A DNA stretch of 52,175 bases from the IMG/VR virus record IMGVR_UViG_3300008255_000163, positions 1 to 52,175 of that record; one strand, given 5' to 3'. Shown here in pieces: positions 9,181-19,063 of the stretch (within the stretch, counting starts at the first letter, position 1; every line of letters begins with the position of its first letter). Made by a program: the position numbers and the translations under genes. The notes beneath the pieces were generated by a model. That model saw nothing but the letters and a program-made list of their open reading frames with translations. It did no database searches and was not told where the DNA came from. This DNA is from a virus (taxonomy: Duplodnaviria; Caudoviricetes).

Positions 9181-10555
9181 CGCCGGTCACCTGGATTCGG
9201 TTGCAGTATTGGATCTCGATCTCGAAGCTCCCGCCCTTCTCGTCGGTCTCCAGGGTCGTTCGGACGCCGCGGGTGTGGAAGACCGCCGAGAGCAACGAGA
9301 GCGCCTCTTGGTTCTTGGCGAGGAGCTGGGCCATCGTCCTGCGGTACCCGCGCGCCTCAAGATACGCCACGCGGTCAGCGATCGAGTCGATGCCCTTGAG
9401 CCCGTCCATCGTCTCCTGCTCGACCTCGATCCGGACGTCCTGCCCGCTGCCAAGCTTGAGCAAGTCGGCGGAGCGCCCATCGAGCCCGTCGATGAACATC
9501 TCGGAGGTGACGATGGTGCCCTCGAGCTCCTGACGGCTTCGCTCCTCGTAGACGCGTTGGCAGATGGACTGCAGCGCGGCCTCGTCGGTGATGCCGTTGT
9601 ACTCGAACACGTCGTAGTCGTCCGCCTTGCCCCCGCGCTTGCTGGCCTTGCCCTTCTTCTTCCCCTCCTCACCGCGGGGAGGGTACCAGACCTGAACAAG
9701 CTCCCCAGTGAGCGGGTCGTACGAGACGAGAGCGACCTTCTTCCCCGACAGCGAGCAGTTGCGGCGTTCGCGCAGCGACAGGATGTTCTTGCCCCAAACG
9801 AACCTCGGCGGGTTCGACCTGGTGTAGTAGTTCGTGGCGGTCGTCACGATGACGCTGTCCTGGTAGATCCACGAAATCAGGCCGAACATTCCGCAGCACT
9901 GCTGCCAGATGGCCCACGCGTCCGCCCCTTTCTTGATGGGGATTGGCGTCTTGGCCAGGGCGGTCTTGAGTCGCGGTGGGGCAACCTTGGAGAACGACGG
10001 GGGCCAGCTGTCGACACCGCGCGGAGTGAGCTTGTCGGCAAGGAACTCGGCTGACTTGAACCACTGACCGCTCGTGTCCTTGCCGCCTGCGTGCTGGCAA
10101 ATCAGCTTCCAGGCGTCCTCGAGCGTCATCCCGTAGTTCGGAACGCCTTCCTCTGGATACGGCTTGGACTCGATGAACAGCGCTGTGAAGTCGAGCGCCT
10201 GGATCCGGACCGACCGGTTCGACTCGTCGCTCTCTCGCTCAACGTCAGTTGCGATCCCGATGAATCGCCGATCCTCGCGGGGCATGTCCCACTGCCCAGA
10301 CTCGTCCGCGTTGCCGATGTAGACCTCGACGATGGCGTTCGAAAGCAGCCTGGGATCAACTCCTGCATCCAGCCAGTCAACGGTCACCTCCGAGCTGTCC
10401 GCGTGATTGTGGTCGTTGCGGCTGATTTCCGAACGACGCACGCGCACATTGAACTCGACGAGACCAGAGCCGTCCTCTTGCTCGATGCGCTCCTGCGACG
10501 AGCCCCACACGGGCACAGACAGACGGGCGGCCATCCTTGGACGGTAGTAGGCCAT
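9170..10555 (-). CDS. Baseplate hub (P2 gpD/Mu gp44-like)
   Basis: 461 aa; 'RFIGIATDV...VRIQALDFTALF', 'FVWGKNIL'; between LysM gene and spike. Confidence 0.75.
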   Translation of the reverse strand: MAYYRPRMAARLSVPVWGSSQERIEQEDGSGLVEFNVRVRRSEISRNDHNHADSSEVTVDWLDAGVDPRLLSNAIVEVYIGNADESGQWDMPREDRRFIGIATDVERESDESNRSVRIQALDFTALFIESKPYPEEGVPNYGMTLEDAWKLICQHAGGKDTSGQWFKSAEFLADKLTPRGVDSWPPSFSKVAPPRLKTALAKTPIPIKKGADAWAIWQQCCGMFGLISWIYQDSVIVTTATNYYTRSNPPRFVWGKNILSLRERRNCSLSGKKVALVSYDPLTGELVQVWYPPRGEEGKKKGKASKRGGKADDYDVFEYNGITDEAALQSICQRVYEERSRQELEGTIVTSEMFIDGLDGRSADLLKLGSGQDVRIEVEQETMDGLKGIDSIADRVAYLEARGYRRTMAQLLAKNQEALSLLSAVFHTRGVRTTLETDEKGGSFEIEIQYCNRIQVTGDAR

Positions 10556-11574
10556 CAGCGTGGAATTATGTACTCGGTCCCGGGGACGGGATTGCCCGTC
10601 GCGCCGTTGGCCTGCCTGATGTCCGCCGCCCTACCAGCGTCTCCGAGGGTCTGCTGGGCAATACCCTCCCACGTGTCGCCGTCGCCAGCCACGTAGACGC
10701 CTTTGATCTTCCCGCGCTCGGCCTCACGAGCCGCTGCGTCCATGCGCTCGATCTCGATGATGGCCTTGAGCATCGCCGTACCTGTGGTGCTCTGCGCGTT
10801 CCAGAATGCGAGTGAGTCGTCCGGGTTGCTGCTCACGACCGCGGTGCCGGCCACCAAATCGCCGTAGGCATTCTTCGCCTTGATCACCGCCGTCCGAAGC
10901 TGCCTGAGTCCAGCGCGCAGTCGCCGGAGCTCAGACACGAGCCCCTGCTGGAACGAGTTGATCTGGTCGGCGATGTTCGCCACAGACGCGACCGCGGAGT
11001 TGATCGACCCGACCAGGCTTCCGAGCGAGTCGAGCAGCCCAACCTTGAGCGTCGGTGGAATGTCGAGCGCGGTATCCCATGCCTCGTCGATGTAGTCCTT
11101 GATGTTCAGAACGTAGGTCTTCGGGTCGGCTTCCGCAGGCTGCGCATTCCGCACCACGCGAAGAAGATCTTCGTCGATCTTGATCGTCATCTTCCAGGCG
11201 ATCTCGGCCTCGGCCTCACGCCCCGGAGAAAACATCTCGATGAGGCCTGTGGCTGCGACGATGCCGTCCCACGCGATCGCGACCTGCTGCTGGTCGGCGA
11301 CGAAGCGCTTGATGTACTCCGTCAGCGTCTTCGCGTATCCAGGCCCGCCGTTGCGGTCAGAGAATCGCCCCTCGAGCTCCCACTGCTCTTCACGAGTGCC
11401 AAATAGGTGCCGCGTCGGGACGGAGTTGCCTGGATAGTAGACTTCGGTGTTTCGAACGGACAGTGCATCCGTAACAACCGCGCCTTGCCGTGGGCGCCCA
11501 TGGGGCGCAAACGCTCCTGCCAGGCTCAATTCAAGCCTGTCGCCGCCGAGTTGGGAGAAGTGGAACTCACCCAT
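10555..11574 (-). CDS. Tail tube initiator with C-terminal LysM domain
   Basis: C-terminal YVAGDGDTWEGIAQQTLGDAGRAADIRQANG..PVPGTEYIIP; directly after tape measure. Confidence 0.85.
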   Translation of the reverse strand: MGEFHFSQLGGDRLELSLAGAFAPHGRPRQGAVVTDALSVRNTEVYYPGNSVPTRHLFGTREEQWELEGRFSDRNGGPGYAKTLTEYIKRFVADQQQVAIAWDGIVAATGLIEMFSPGREAEAEIAWKMTIKIDEDLLRVVRNAQPAEADPKTYVLNIKDYIDEAWDTALDIPPTLKVGLLDSLGSLVGSINSAVASVANIADQINSFQQGLVSELRRLRAGLRQLRTAVIKAKNAYGDLVAGTAVVSSNPDDSLAFWNAQSTTGTAMLKAIIEIERMDAAAREAERGKIKGVYVAGDGDTWEGIAQQTLGDAGRAADIRQANGATGNPVPGTEYIIPR

Positions 11575-13488
11575 CTACGGCCTCGATGCGGAGTAGTTCG
11601 GAACGCCTCGGCTCATGCGGGGGTGTCGCTGGAAGTTCTGGATCTCCCCGAGCACGGCTCGAGCAATGCGGCTCGGGTCCTGGTTCGAGGTGACGACGAT
11701 CTCGACCTTCTGGACCGTCGTTCCGCCTCCTCCTCCACCGTGTTTGGGGGCGCCGCCCTTCCCCTTGCCGACAGTGCCAGCGGCCATGGCATTTGCTACA
11801 GCGGTCATGGTGCCCATGGTCATGTTACTCAGAGCGCTGGCTGCTGCATCGTTGCCCATCTGCGCAGCTCTGGCGACCGTTCCGACATCTCCGCCCCGGC
11901 CACCAATTGCCCCCAGCGCGGCCGCGGCCCCGTAGGCGGCGGACGCCACGGACGCCATGGCTTCACCGGCCAGCGCCGCAGAAGCTGACGCAGAATCCCC
12001 GCTGTCGATGTAGTTCTGCATCACACTGCCGAAATCACCATACGCCGCTTCAGCGTACGTGAGTTCGCGTCCGAACTTCTTGACGGAGTTTGTTCCGAAG
12101 TCGAACGCGGCCATGGCGTTCAGAGGTGCGTCATGGTCGATCTCAGTGAACAGCTTGGTCGCCTGGTCGTACGCCATCGCGACGCCAGCAACGGCGGCGG
12201 CAACCGCGAGCAACGGAAGGGCAGCTCCGGCGGCAGCCGATCCGAGTTTTGTAATGCTTCCTGCAGCAGCTGTTCCTGCACCGATCCAACCCATCGACTT
12301 GGCAAGCTGAGCACCTCCCCCAGCAATCCCCGCCACATCCCCAGCGACGCCCAGCGCCCCGCCCGCCGCCGCTCCACCGACCTTCAGGCCAGCGTAAAGC
12401 TTCATGACGGTGATGATCTTGTCGATGCTCCCGGGGTCTTTCAGAAAGGTCTTGAGCGACTCTCCGGCTCCCTTGAGCGTGGGACCGAGTTCCTTCCACA
12501 CCTCGACGAGCTTCGTGTAGGCGTTCTGCCCAAACGTTTCGATGGCCGGCCACCATTCCTGCAGCGCGGACTTGCCAGCGTCGAAGGCGTAGGCGAGCTT
12601 GGAGCCGATGGCATCCGCCTTGGTCTTGAGGTAGCCCTCGTTGCCGTCGAACCAGTCGTTGATGTACATCAGGCTCGACTTCACCCGATTGAACAACGGC
12701 TCAGTCACCTTGCCAAGCAGCGACTTCGCGTTGTCTGCCAGCGTGGTCGACATCCCCTCGAAGGAGGTCTTGTAGATCTCAATGGCGGGAGCAAAGCGGT
12801 CGAGCTCCGAGCTGATGCGCTTCAGTCGTTCCTCGGGCTTGAGCTTGTTGAACTCGGCAGCCTTGTCGCCACCGAGCCCTGCGACGCGCATGCCGAACAC
12901 GTTGTGAGCACCGGCGCGCCCCTCGATGAGCATTGCGAACTCGCGCGCCACTTGGTCCAGAGGCATCCCGACGGTCGCCCCGGTTGCCATCGCCTTCGCC
13001 GCGAGCCCTCGCAGCTGGTCCTTGTCGGCCCCCGCCTTGAACCCTGGCGTGGCGATCATCGTGTAGATGTTCATCAGGTCGGAGAACTCGCCGGGCAGCG
13101 AAGCAGCATCCTTGCGCATCTGCTTCATCGTCGCGCCCGCCATATCCAGGCCGGTGTAAATACTGCTTGATTGGCCGTTGGCCGTGAAGATCGCTCCGAG
13201 CTGAATCTTCGTCTTCTCGAGCTCGTTGTTGTACTTGACCACCCCGTAGGCAGCGAGACCGAAGGCCCCCGCGATTCCCACCTTCGCCGCCATCGAGCCG
13301 ACCTCGAAGATCTTGCCGGCCACCGCATCGAGCGGACGCATAACCCTCGAGCCCATGGACTGCAGCGAGCGCATGAACTGACCCGCAGCCTGGTCGGCAC
13401 CCACGAGCTTCGCCCGCGCACGATCGGCACCGGGGGCGAGATTGCCCTTGGTGCTCATGTCGATGACGACGGTGTAGGTGGTGCCCAT
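11575..13488 (-). CDS. Tape measure protein
   Basis: 637 aa, Ala/Gly-rich helical; 'SFEGMSTTLADN' motif; position in tail operon. Confidence 0.85.
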   Translation of the reverse strand: MGTTYTVVIDMSTKGNLAPGADRARAKLVGADQAAGQFMRSLQSMGSRVMRPLDAVAGKIFEVGSMAAKVGIAGAFGLAAYGVVKYNNELEKTKIQLGAIFTANGQSSSIYTGLDMAGATMKQMRKDAASLPGEFSDLMNIYTMIATPGFKAGADKDQLRGLAAKAMATGATVGMPLDQVAREFAMLIEGRAGAHNVFGMRVAGLGGDKAAEFNKLKPEERLKRISSELDRFAPAIEIYKTSFEGMSTTLADNAKSLLGKVTEPLFNRVKSSLMYINDWFDGNEGYLKTKADAIGSKLAYAFDAGKSALQEWWPAIETFGQNAYTKLVEVWKELGPTLKGAGESLKTFLKDPGSIDKIITVMKLYAGLKVGGAAAGGALGVAGDVAGIAGGGAQLAKSMGWIGAGTAAAGSITKLGSAAAGAALPLLAVAAAVAGVAMAYDQATKLFTEIDHDAPLNAMAAFDFGTNSVKKFGRELTYAEAAYGDFGSVMQNYIDSGDSASASAALAGEAMASVASAAYGAAAALGAIGGRGGDVGTVARAAQMGNDAAASALSNMTMGTMTAVANAMAAGTVGKGKGGAPKHGGGGGGTTVQKVEIVVTSNQDPSRIARAVLGEIQNFQRHPRMSRGVPNYSASRP

Positions 13489-13491
13489 GGG

Positions 13492-14730
13492 TCAGCTGGG
13501 AGACGAAAGGGTGATGGTGATGTTGGTGTTGTCGATGAATCGGTAGACGAGAGGGTTTGCCGTGGTGGTGGGCAGAGCACCATCAGGCTCGGATAGGGTG
13601 TTGCCGCTCAGGTCCTTGACCGTGACCGACGTCACCTCAAGCAGCCGGCGATCGGAGCGCATGACAGCGCCCTTGATTCCGTTCGTGCGCCAGGTGTACC
13701 AGTCCGCACGGTCCTCGAAGTACGACTTGACCGCAGCACGGATTCTCGACTGCAGTTCTGACGTTTCGGCAAAGGCGCGCTTGTCACGCAGCGTGGCGGC
13801 GATGGTGGCGGAGACCGGGACCAGGCTCGTCGTGCCGATCGACGCGGCGCACCCGAACCCGAGCCACTGGTCGTTCAGGTTCTGGGATGCAGTGTCCCGA
13901 AGTCGCTGCGACCACGCCCAGGATTCGTCAGCGATCCAGGCGAGCATCTTTCCGCTCGTGGGGTGTTCCCGCACTGCGGCATGCGCAACGCCAATCGTGG
14001 ACAGCAGTCCGGCGATGATAGCAGCCTCATTCGGGCCGTATTGACCCGAGCCAAGTGCATTTCCCAGCGCTCGGAGCTTCGCGGTCGGTGGACCATCCGA
14101 GCCGCCAGCGGCGTCGCCGTAGACGACGCTGAACGACGGATCGAACAGCGTGTCGGCGAGTTCTATGGGCGGTTCGTCATCATCGCCGGAGATGGATGAG
14201 TACGTGCGCGGAATGTTTGCGTGGGCCCCCGGGCGCGCGGCCCGGATTGGAATCACCAGCCGCTGGGTGTAGCCGGACAGTGGGAACGCGGAAGTCGAGT
14301 CCGTGCCGACGAACACCGGCTCGGTCGACTGGTATGTGGCCTCTTTGGCCTGTGGGATGGCGGTGGAGTCAGCGCGGCGGCGGAACTTCGTTCCAGGTCG
14401 AATGAGTCCGCCCGTGAACTCCGCCGTGGTGGCGTGGTTTCGGCGAATCACCACCGTTCCGATCGCGTACTGCGGCGATGCATCGATGAGCGCGTCGAAC
14501 TCGGAGGCGAGCAGGTCGAGAAGCGGGCGCCCCTCCGAGATGAGACGGGCGGCCACTGCCTCGCCCGCCAAGCGACGCAGCACGAGCTGAGCTTGCGCCT
14601 TCCACCCGTGCATGATGTCGCCGTATCGACCGAACGCGAGCTGCTTCTGAACGCTCGGGCGCTCAGCGACAATGGCATTGAACCCCGCGCCGAGAAGCTC
14701 ATTGACTCGCGGGATTTGTGGTTCAGCCAT
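13492..14730 (-). CDS. Baseplate J-like protein (copy 1)
   Basis: 'SEGRPLLDL', 'AIGTVVI', 'IRPGTKF', 'IPIRAARPGAHAN', 'AAGGSD' match baseplate-J architecture. Confidence 0.7.
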   Translation of the reverse strand: MAEPQIPRVNELLGAGFNAIVAERPSVQKQLAFGRYGDIMHGWKAQAQLVLRRLAGEAVAARLISEGRPLLDLLASEFDALIDASPQYAIGTVVIRRNHATTAEFTGGLIRPGTKFRRRADSTAIPQAKEATYQSTEPVFVGTDSTSAFPLSGYTQRLVIPIRAARPGAHANIPRTYSSISGDDDEPPIELADTLFDPSFSVVYGDAAGGSDGPPTAKLRALGNALGSGQYGPNEAAIIAGLLSTIGVAHAAVREHPTSGKMLAWIADESWAWSQRLRDTASQNLNDQWLGFGCAASIGTTSLVPVSATIAATLRDKRAFAETSELQSRIRAAVKSYFEDRADWYTWRTNGIKGAVMRSDRRLLEVTSVTVKDLSGNTLSEPDGALPTTTANPLVYRFIDNTNITITLSSPS

Positions 14731-14944
14731 TGGTCTCTTTCGGCGTGAATTCGCGTTCCATGTGCTCGCTCAGGGCAGCGACGAACATGGCTTTCTCCAG
14801 CGACGTTAGGCAGCGGCTGAGCCCTCGCAGCCGGTGGATGTCTTGCATCCCGTACCGGGCCAGGAACGCGTCGGTACGCCACCCGTTCGCGTACTGCTCC
14901 CAGTAGGCTCCGCTCAGCCCTCGGAGACCGGCAGCGCTCCCCCC
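14723..14944 (-). CDS. Tail assembly chaperone C-terminal (GT-like) extension, probably via -1 frameshift
   Basis: Open -1 frame (…YWEQYANGWRTDAFLARYGMQD…) overlapping the end of the chaperone; G GGG GGA heptamer at 14938-14944. Confidence 0.55.
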   Translation of the reverse strand, partial: GGSAAGLRGLSGAYWEQYANGWRTDAFLARYGMQDIHRLRGLSRCLTSLEKAMFVAALSEHMEREFTPKETNG

Positions 14945-15333
14945 ATGATCGCGTCCACTTCCTTCTGGGAAGCATCGTAGATCATCTCCATGATGCTGGC
15001 GAGAATCACGCTGTCCTTGGAGGTGAACAGCTCGTCCAGCTTGCCGGTCTCGAGCTCGCCGATGGTGTACTTCTTCCACCCTTCCGGCGGATAGGCGAGC
15101 AGATCGTTCACGTTCGCAATCCCGGTCTTCTCAGTCACCGAGATAATCGAGCGCTTGAGCAACTCCCGGTTCAGCAACGCACGGTACTCGCCGACAGTCG
15201 AATTCTCGCCGACGAGTTGTGCAGCGCTGATGGATGCTTCCTGCCGACCATTGGGGCCAACGTCCTTGAGTCGGACGCCGCGGCCGGAGCAGTTCTTCGC
15301 GTTCAGGTGAATCTGGAATGGGTCAGATTGCAA
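14914..15333 (-). CDS. Tail assembly chaperone
   Basis: 139 aa directly after tail tube; GAAGGAGG RBS and TTG start. Confidence 0.75.
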   Translation of the reverse strand: MQSDPFQIHLNAKNCSGRGVRLKDVGPNGRQEASISAAQLVGENSTVGEYRALLNRELLKRSIISVTEKTGIANVNDLLAYPPEGWKKYTIGELETGKLDELFTSKDSVILASIMEMIYDASQKEVDAIMGGALPVSEG

Positions 15334-15358
15334 GGTTGCCTCCTTCTACGACCAGCGG

Positions 15359-15796
15359 TCAGAGTGTGCCGATCTTCTTGAAGTACTGGGCGCGCAGCGG
15401 GATGGTGAGCTTGTTGCGCTCGGTCCTGCCGGACGTGCCGAAGTCCCAAGCTCCGATGGTCACTTCGCCCCCGGCAGCGTACGCGGCGCTCGTCCCGTCG
15501 TTGGGCTTGATCGAGAACGCCACGGATTTGTCCAGGGGAAGGACGTTTGCGTCGTTGTTGTCGATGTTGTCCAGTAGCCCGTCGAGCGCGTCGAGCTTCT
15601 GTTGCTTGGTCTCGAGGTTGATTTCGAAGAAGTTCACGTCGGTTTGCAGCCGATCGCGATCCTCCCCGCAAACACCGTCGTTGCTCTCCGTCACGTTGGG
15701 CTTGACGGTCCAACTGTCGACGTCGAGGGTGATCTGCTTGCCGTCCTGAAAGAACAGCACCTTGGCGTTCTTGCCTTTCCAGAAGGGAATGGGCAT
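15359..15796 (-). CDS. Tail tube protein
   Basis: 145 aa beta-rich, directly after sheath. Confidence 0.85.
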   Translation of the reverse strand: MPIPFWKGKNAKVLFFQDGKQITLDVDSWTVKPNVTESNDGVCGEDRDRLQTDVNFFEINLETKQQKLDALDGLLDNIDNNDANVLPLDKSVAFSIKPNDGTSAAYAAGGEVTIGAWDFGTSGRTERNKLTIPLRAQYFKKIGTL

Positions 15797-15815
15797 CGCT
15801 TATGCTCCTGCGCCC

Positions 15816-17312
15816 TCAGGACGCGTTGATGACGACGTTTTCGCCGAACTGGATCGACAGGAAGATCTTCTCCATGCCGGCCGAGGTGCGAACGTTCAGG
15901 GGGATGGTGAACTTGCCGGACGCGATGTCGTCGGCGCTGTTGACCCCAGCCAGGTCGAGGATTTGGTAGGCAATGACGTGCGGGGTGTGGTTGGGGTCAT
16001 TGCCCTTGTTGCGGACCAGCGTGTCCATGAATTTCGTCAACGCTGCGACCAGCGACACCTGGTTGACTTCGACGTTGGGCGCGTCCACGAGCTCGCGGAC
16101 GCTGTCCACGAACGAGATGGCAATGTAGTCGCCGATGCGGCGCCGCGAGATGCGCTTCAGCGCGGGATTGGACGGGGCGACGGTGAGCACGCCAGCCTCG
16201 AACGCGTACCCGGTCTTTTCCTTGACGATGGTCATCACGCCTGCGGTGGTGTTCGTCGAGGAAGCGTTGCCGCGGGGGGTCTCGAGCCTGACAATCGCCC
16301 CGAGCAGCTTCTTGACTTCGGTCGCCTTCCAGGCCGGGGAGGTTGACGGCGACATCTGCGCGCACACCGAAGCGGCGAACGGCGCCGGGGGCACGAGTTG
16401 CTCGGACGCGTCGACGTCGTCATAGATGTACGGCCATGGGTCCACGTAGACAACGCGGTCGCTGGCATACGTGGCTGCATCCGTTCCGACGCTCGCGATG
16501 GTCGTGACACCGCTGTTGCCGTTGATGTAGGCGATTCGGTCGGTCATCAAGTCGGCATGCGCCTTGAGACCCGCGTTGACGGCCGCGCGCAGGGTGTTGC
16601 CGGGATCGTCGACGCACACGTGCCGGATCTCGGAGTAGTCCTCGAACAGCGACAGGCCCTTGTCCGGACTGCCCGCCGTGCCGACGTAGTCCGAGGCCGC
16701 GACCGTGCCATCGGATCCGGCGGACATCGAGTAGGTGCCATTGTCAGGTCGGCCACTCGCGAGCTTCGTGATGGCGCTGACCAGAAGCTTGTCCGTGTAC
16801 GTCGGGGTCGAGTCGGCGCCTGTCCCCGAGTAGTTCAAGTTGAAGAAGTAGTCGGTCGTGGTGCCGCTCGCTCCGGTAACGGTCACCGTCAGGTTGAAGT
16901 GGTCCGCGTCGCCATCGGAAGCGTTGGACACAACGCAGTCGATGTTGTTGCCCTCGGCGCCCTCGTACTTGGCGGTGACAGTGGCGATGCTCGTCGGCCC
17001 CGTCTCGATCAGCGTGGCAGTTGCCTTCGCCGCTGTCGTTCCGAGTGCACGGACGATACGGAGCGACGGGAAGCCCTTGCCGATCAAGGACAGGTATCCC
17101 TTGCCCGTCAGCGTCATGCCGCGGGGGCCGAACATGTTGAGCAATTCCTTGGTACCGGTAGGCTCCACCACCTGCTGCATCGGTCCCCAAGGGAACTGGC
17201 CCACGATGCCGACGACGCCAGTCCCGGTGGCCTGGATTGTTGCTGGAGGGGTTCGCTCTTGGGCATAGACGCCATGGCGCAACGCGGCCGCCTCGGACGA
17301 CACGAAGATCAT
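15816..17312 (-). CDS. Contractile tail sheath protein
   Basis: 'HGVYAQE', 'GIVGQFPWGP', 'TAKYEGAEGNNI', 'LVPPAPFAA', 'RISRRR' sheath motifs. Confidence 0.92.
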   Translation of the reverse strand: MIFVSSEAAALRHGVYAQERTPPATIQATGTGVVGIVGQFPWGPMQQVVEPTGTKELLNMFGPRGMTLTGKGYLSLIGKGFPSLRIVRALGTTAAKATATLIETGPTSIATVTAKYEGAEGNNIDCVVSNASDGDADHFNLTVTVTGASGTTTDYFFNLNYSGTGADSTPTYTDKLLVSAITKLASGRPDNGTYSMSAGSDGTVAASDYVGTAGSPDKGLSLFEDYSEIRHVCVDDPGNTLRAAVNAGLKAHADLMTDRIAYINGNSGVTTIASVGTDAATYASDRVVYVDPWPYIYDDVDASEQLVPPAPFAASVCAQMSPSTSPAWKATEVKKLLGAIVRLETPRGNASSTNTTAGVMTIVKEKTGYAFEAGVLTVAPSNPALKRISRRRIGDYIAISFVDSVRELVDAPNVEVNQVSLVAALTKFMDTLVRNKGNDPNHTPHVIAYQILDLAGVNSADDIASGKFTIPLNVRTSAGMEKIFLSIQFGENVVINAS

Positions 17313-17328
17313 GATCTGCTCCTGTGGG

Positions 17329-18045
17329 TCAGCTGTGCGTCACACCGGACGCGGAGAGGGATGTGGTCTCGGTGTCGCCACCGTTGAGAATCTGTTGCAG
17401 GCGAATCGAGGCAAGCTTGGGGGTGAGAGCATCGACGTAGAGCACCACGCGTGCTTCCCCTGCGTACGTCGCTCGGAACTCGGAGACCTGGACAGCATTG
17501 GGGCCGTTCTCGTTGCGAGAACCGCTGAAGTCGAAAGCCGCCTTGCCGGTCCAGCCGTCGGCAAGATCGAGAACGAGTGGGTCACCAGGCACGCTGTATG
17601 GGAGGGAGCCGCTATTGAGCACCTGGTCGAGAGCGGCCACGAGGGCGTCACGCACAACGTCATAGTGCGCCCACACGTCGAGCTGCAGGGGCTGCATGCG
17701 CTCGAGCACCTGCCAACGAGCGAGCAGGTTGATCGAGTCCACATTGCGGCTCGACACCATGCGGGGCTGCAGAATCTCGTCCGTGACCTGTCCGGCCAGC
17801 AGGATCGTGATCGCCATCGCAGGAAGCTTGGCGTCAGCCTCGGGCCAGCGCGTGGACACAGTCACAACCGAATCTCCGGAGACGAACGTCTCGACGTCGT
17901 TTCCGCTCCCATCGTCGACGAACAGGCCGAACACCTCGGTCCCATCGGTTGCGAAGCCCGTGGGCAAATCCAGGTGCCGAGGCACACGATCGGCCAGCCA
18001 CCGGCCGAGAGCGTTTGCGGCGGCTTGCTGGATTGATGTGTTCAT
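17329..18045 (-). CDS. Tail terminator/completion protein
   Basis: Immediately upstream of sheath; 238 aa. Confidence 0.6.
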   Translation of the reverse strand: MNTSIQQAAANALGRWLADRVPRHLDLPTGFATDGTEVFGLFVDDGSGNDVETFVSGDSVVTVSTRWPEADAKLPAMAITILLAGQVTDEILQPRMVSSRNVDSINLLARWQVLERMQPLQLDVWAHYDVVRDALVAALDQVLNSGSLPYSVPGDPLVLDLADGWTGKAAFDFSGSRNENGPNAVQVSEFRATYAGEARVVLYVDALTPKLASIRLQQILNGGDTETTSLSASGVTHS

Positions 18046-18623
18046 GCTGGTGCAGATGCGGATGCGCTGTTGTCTTCGACGGCGAGCTTGATTTGGACGT
18101 CGAGATACGAGGTGATCTCCGGCATCGCGCTACGCATGAACCAGTGCGGCTTGGTGCCGCTCTTGGCGATGGCGCGCTGGATGCCCCGGGCGATCTGTTC
18201 GGGGGCGTCGGCGTCAATCGCCCCGCCCGACTCCATCGCCTTGAACATGCCAGCGATGCTTTTGGACTGCGCAGCACTCGTGGTGCCGCGGGGCTTGCGT
18301 TTGCCGATGCCTTGCGCCCCGCGCTTCTTCACCCACGCAACCAGCGGGGCGAGCGGGGGCCAGTGCGGGCGAGAGCCCGTCTCGACTGGCGCGGCATGCG
18401 GGGCATCGGCCACGATTTGGACCGCGCCTCCACCCTTGCCGGTCACCCTCAAACTGTTCTTCAGCTCACCAAACGCCACTGGGATGGTGGTCGAGATGAT
18501 GTACGCCCGACCATGCTTCGCGGTTCGAACAACGGCAGCTCTGATGCGCTTGTCACGGGCCCGCTGGTGCTTTGCGAAGAGCCGCGCGCACTCCTCGAAG
18601 CTTGAGCACGTAAAGGTTGCCAT
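18042..18623 (-). CDS. Neck/tail completion protein (HK97 gp10-like)
   Basis: Start at TGATG overlap (MATFTC); 'PVAFGELKNS', 'VETGSRPHWPP', 'IAKSGTKPHWFM'. Confidence 0.8.
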   Translation of the reverse strand: MATFTCSSFEECARLFAKHQRARDKRIRAAVVRTAKHGRAYIISTTIPVAFGELKNSLRVTGKGGGAVQIVADAPHAAPVETGSRPHWPPLAPLVAWVKKRGAQGIGKRKPRGTTSAAQSKSIAGMFKAMESGGAIDADAPEQIARGIQRAIAKSGTKPHWFMRSAMPEITSYLDVQIKLAVEDNSASASAPA

Positions 18624-19063
18624 CAGGGTGTCGTGCGGCGCTTTCGAAGGGTCAGATACCATGAGAAGGGCTTCGCCTTGCTCAGATCGACTCGGGCGTA
18701 CTCGCCCGCCAGGTCGCCAGTGACGACGTAGATGATCTCGGTGCCAGTTGAGCCGTCGGGGGCGAGCTGCACCTCGGTGTACCCTCCCCCGGACACGTCG
18801 GTCGGGGTGATGGGACCCACCTTGATGTCGCCCATCTCGAACAGGCCGCCGCTCGATGCCACTTCCTTCGATGACAGCTCGCGCATCTTGTAGATCTGGG
18901 CGAGCACGGTGTCGGAGTCGGTGACAGGTCCGAGTCCCCGGCGTCCGCCCGCCCATGTCCGTGTTCGGACCGTGAGCTGGGAAGTGCGCACGTCGAAGCC
19001 CGAGGGGCCCGCGAGCGCCCGGAGCTCGTCGACGACGGGAAGGAGGTCGGTGCGGAGGGTCAT
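18623..19063 (-). CDS. Head closure/stopper protein
   Basis: MTLRTDLLPVVDELR…; beta-rich 146 aa in neck region. Confidence 0.6.
   Translation of the reverse strand: MTLRTDLLPVVDELRALAGPSGFDVRTSQLTVRTRTWAGGRRGLGPVTDSDTVLAQIYKMRELSSKEVASSGGLFEMGDIKVGPITPTDVSGGGYTEVQLAPDGSTGTEIIYVVTGDLAGEYARVDLSKAKPFSWYLTLRKRRTTP

Noticed and set aside
1313-17312. Stand-alone contractile injection system or tailocin
   Set aside because: Contiguous with terminase, portal, capsid and replication genes, so it is a phage tail.
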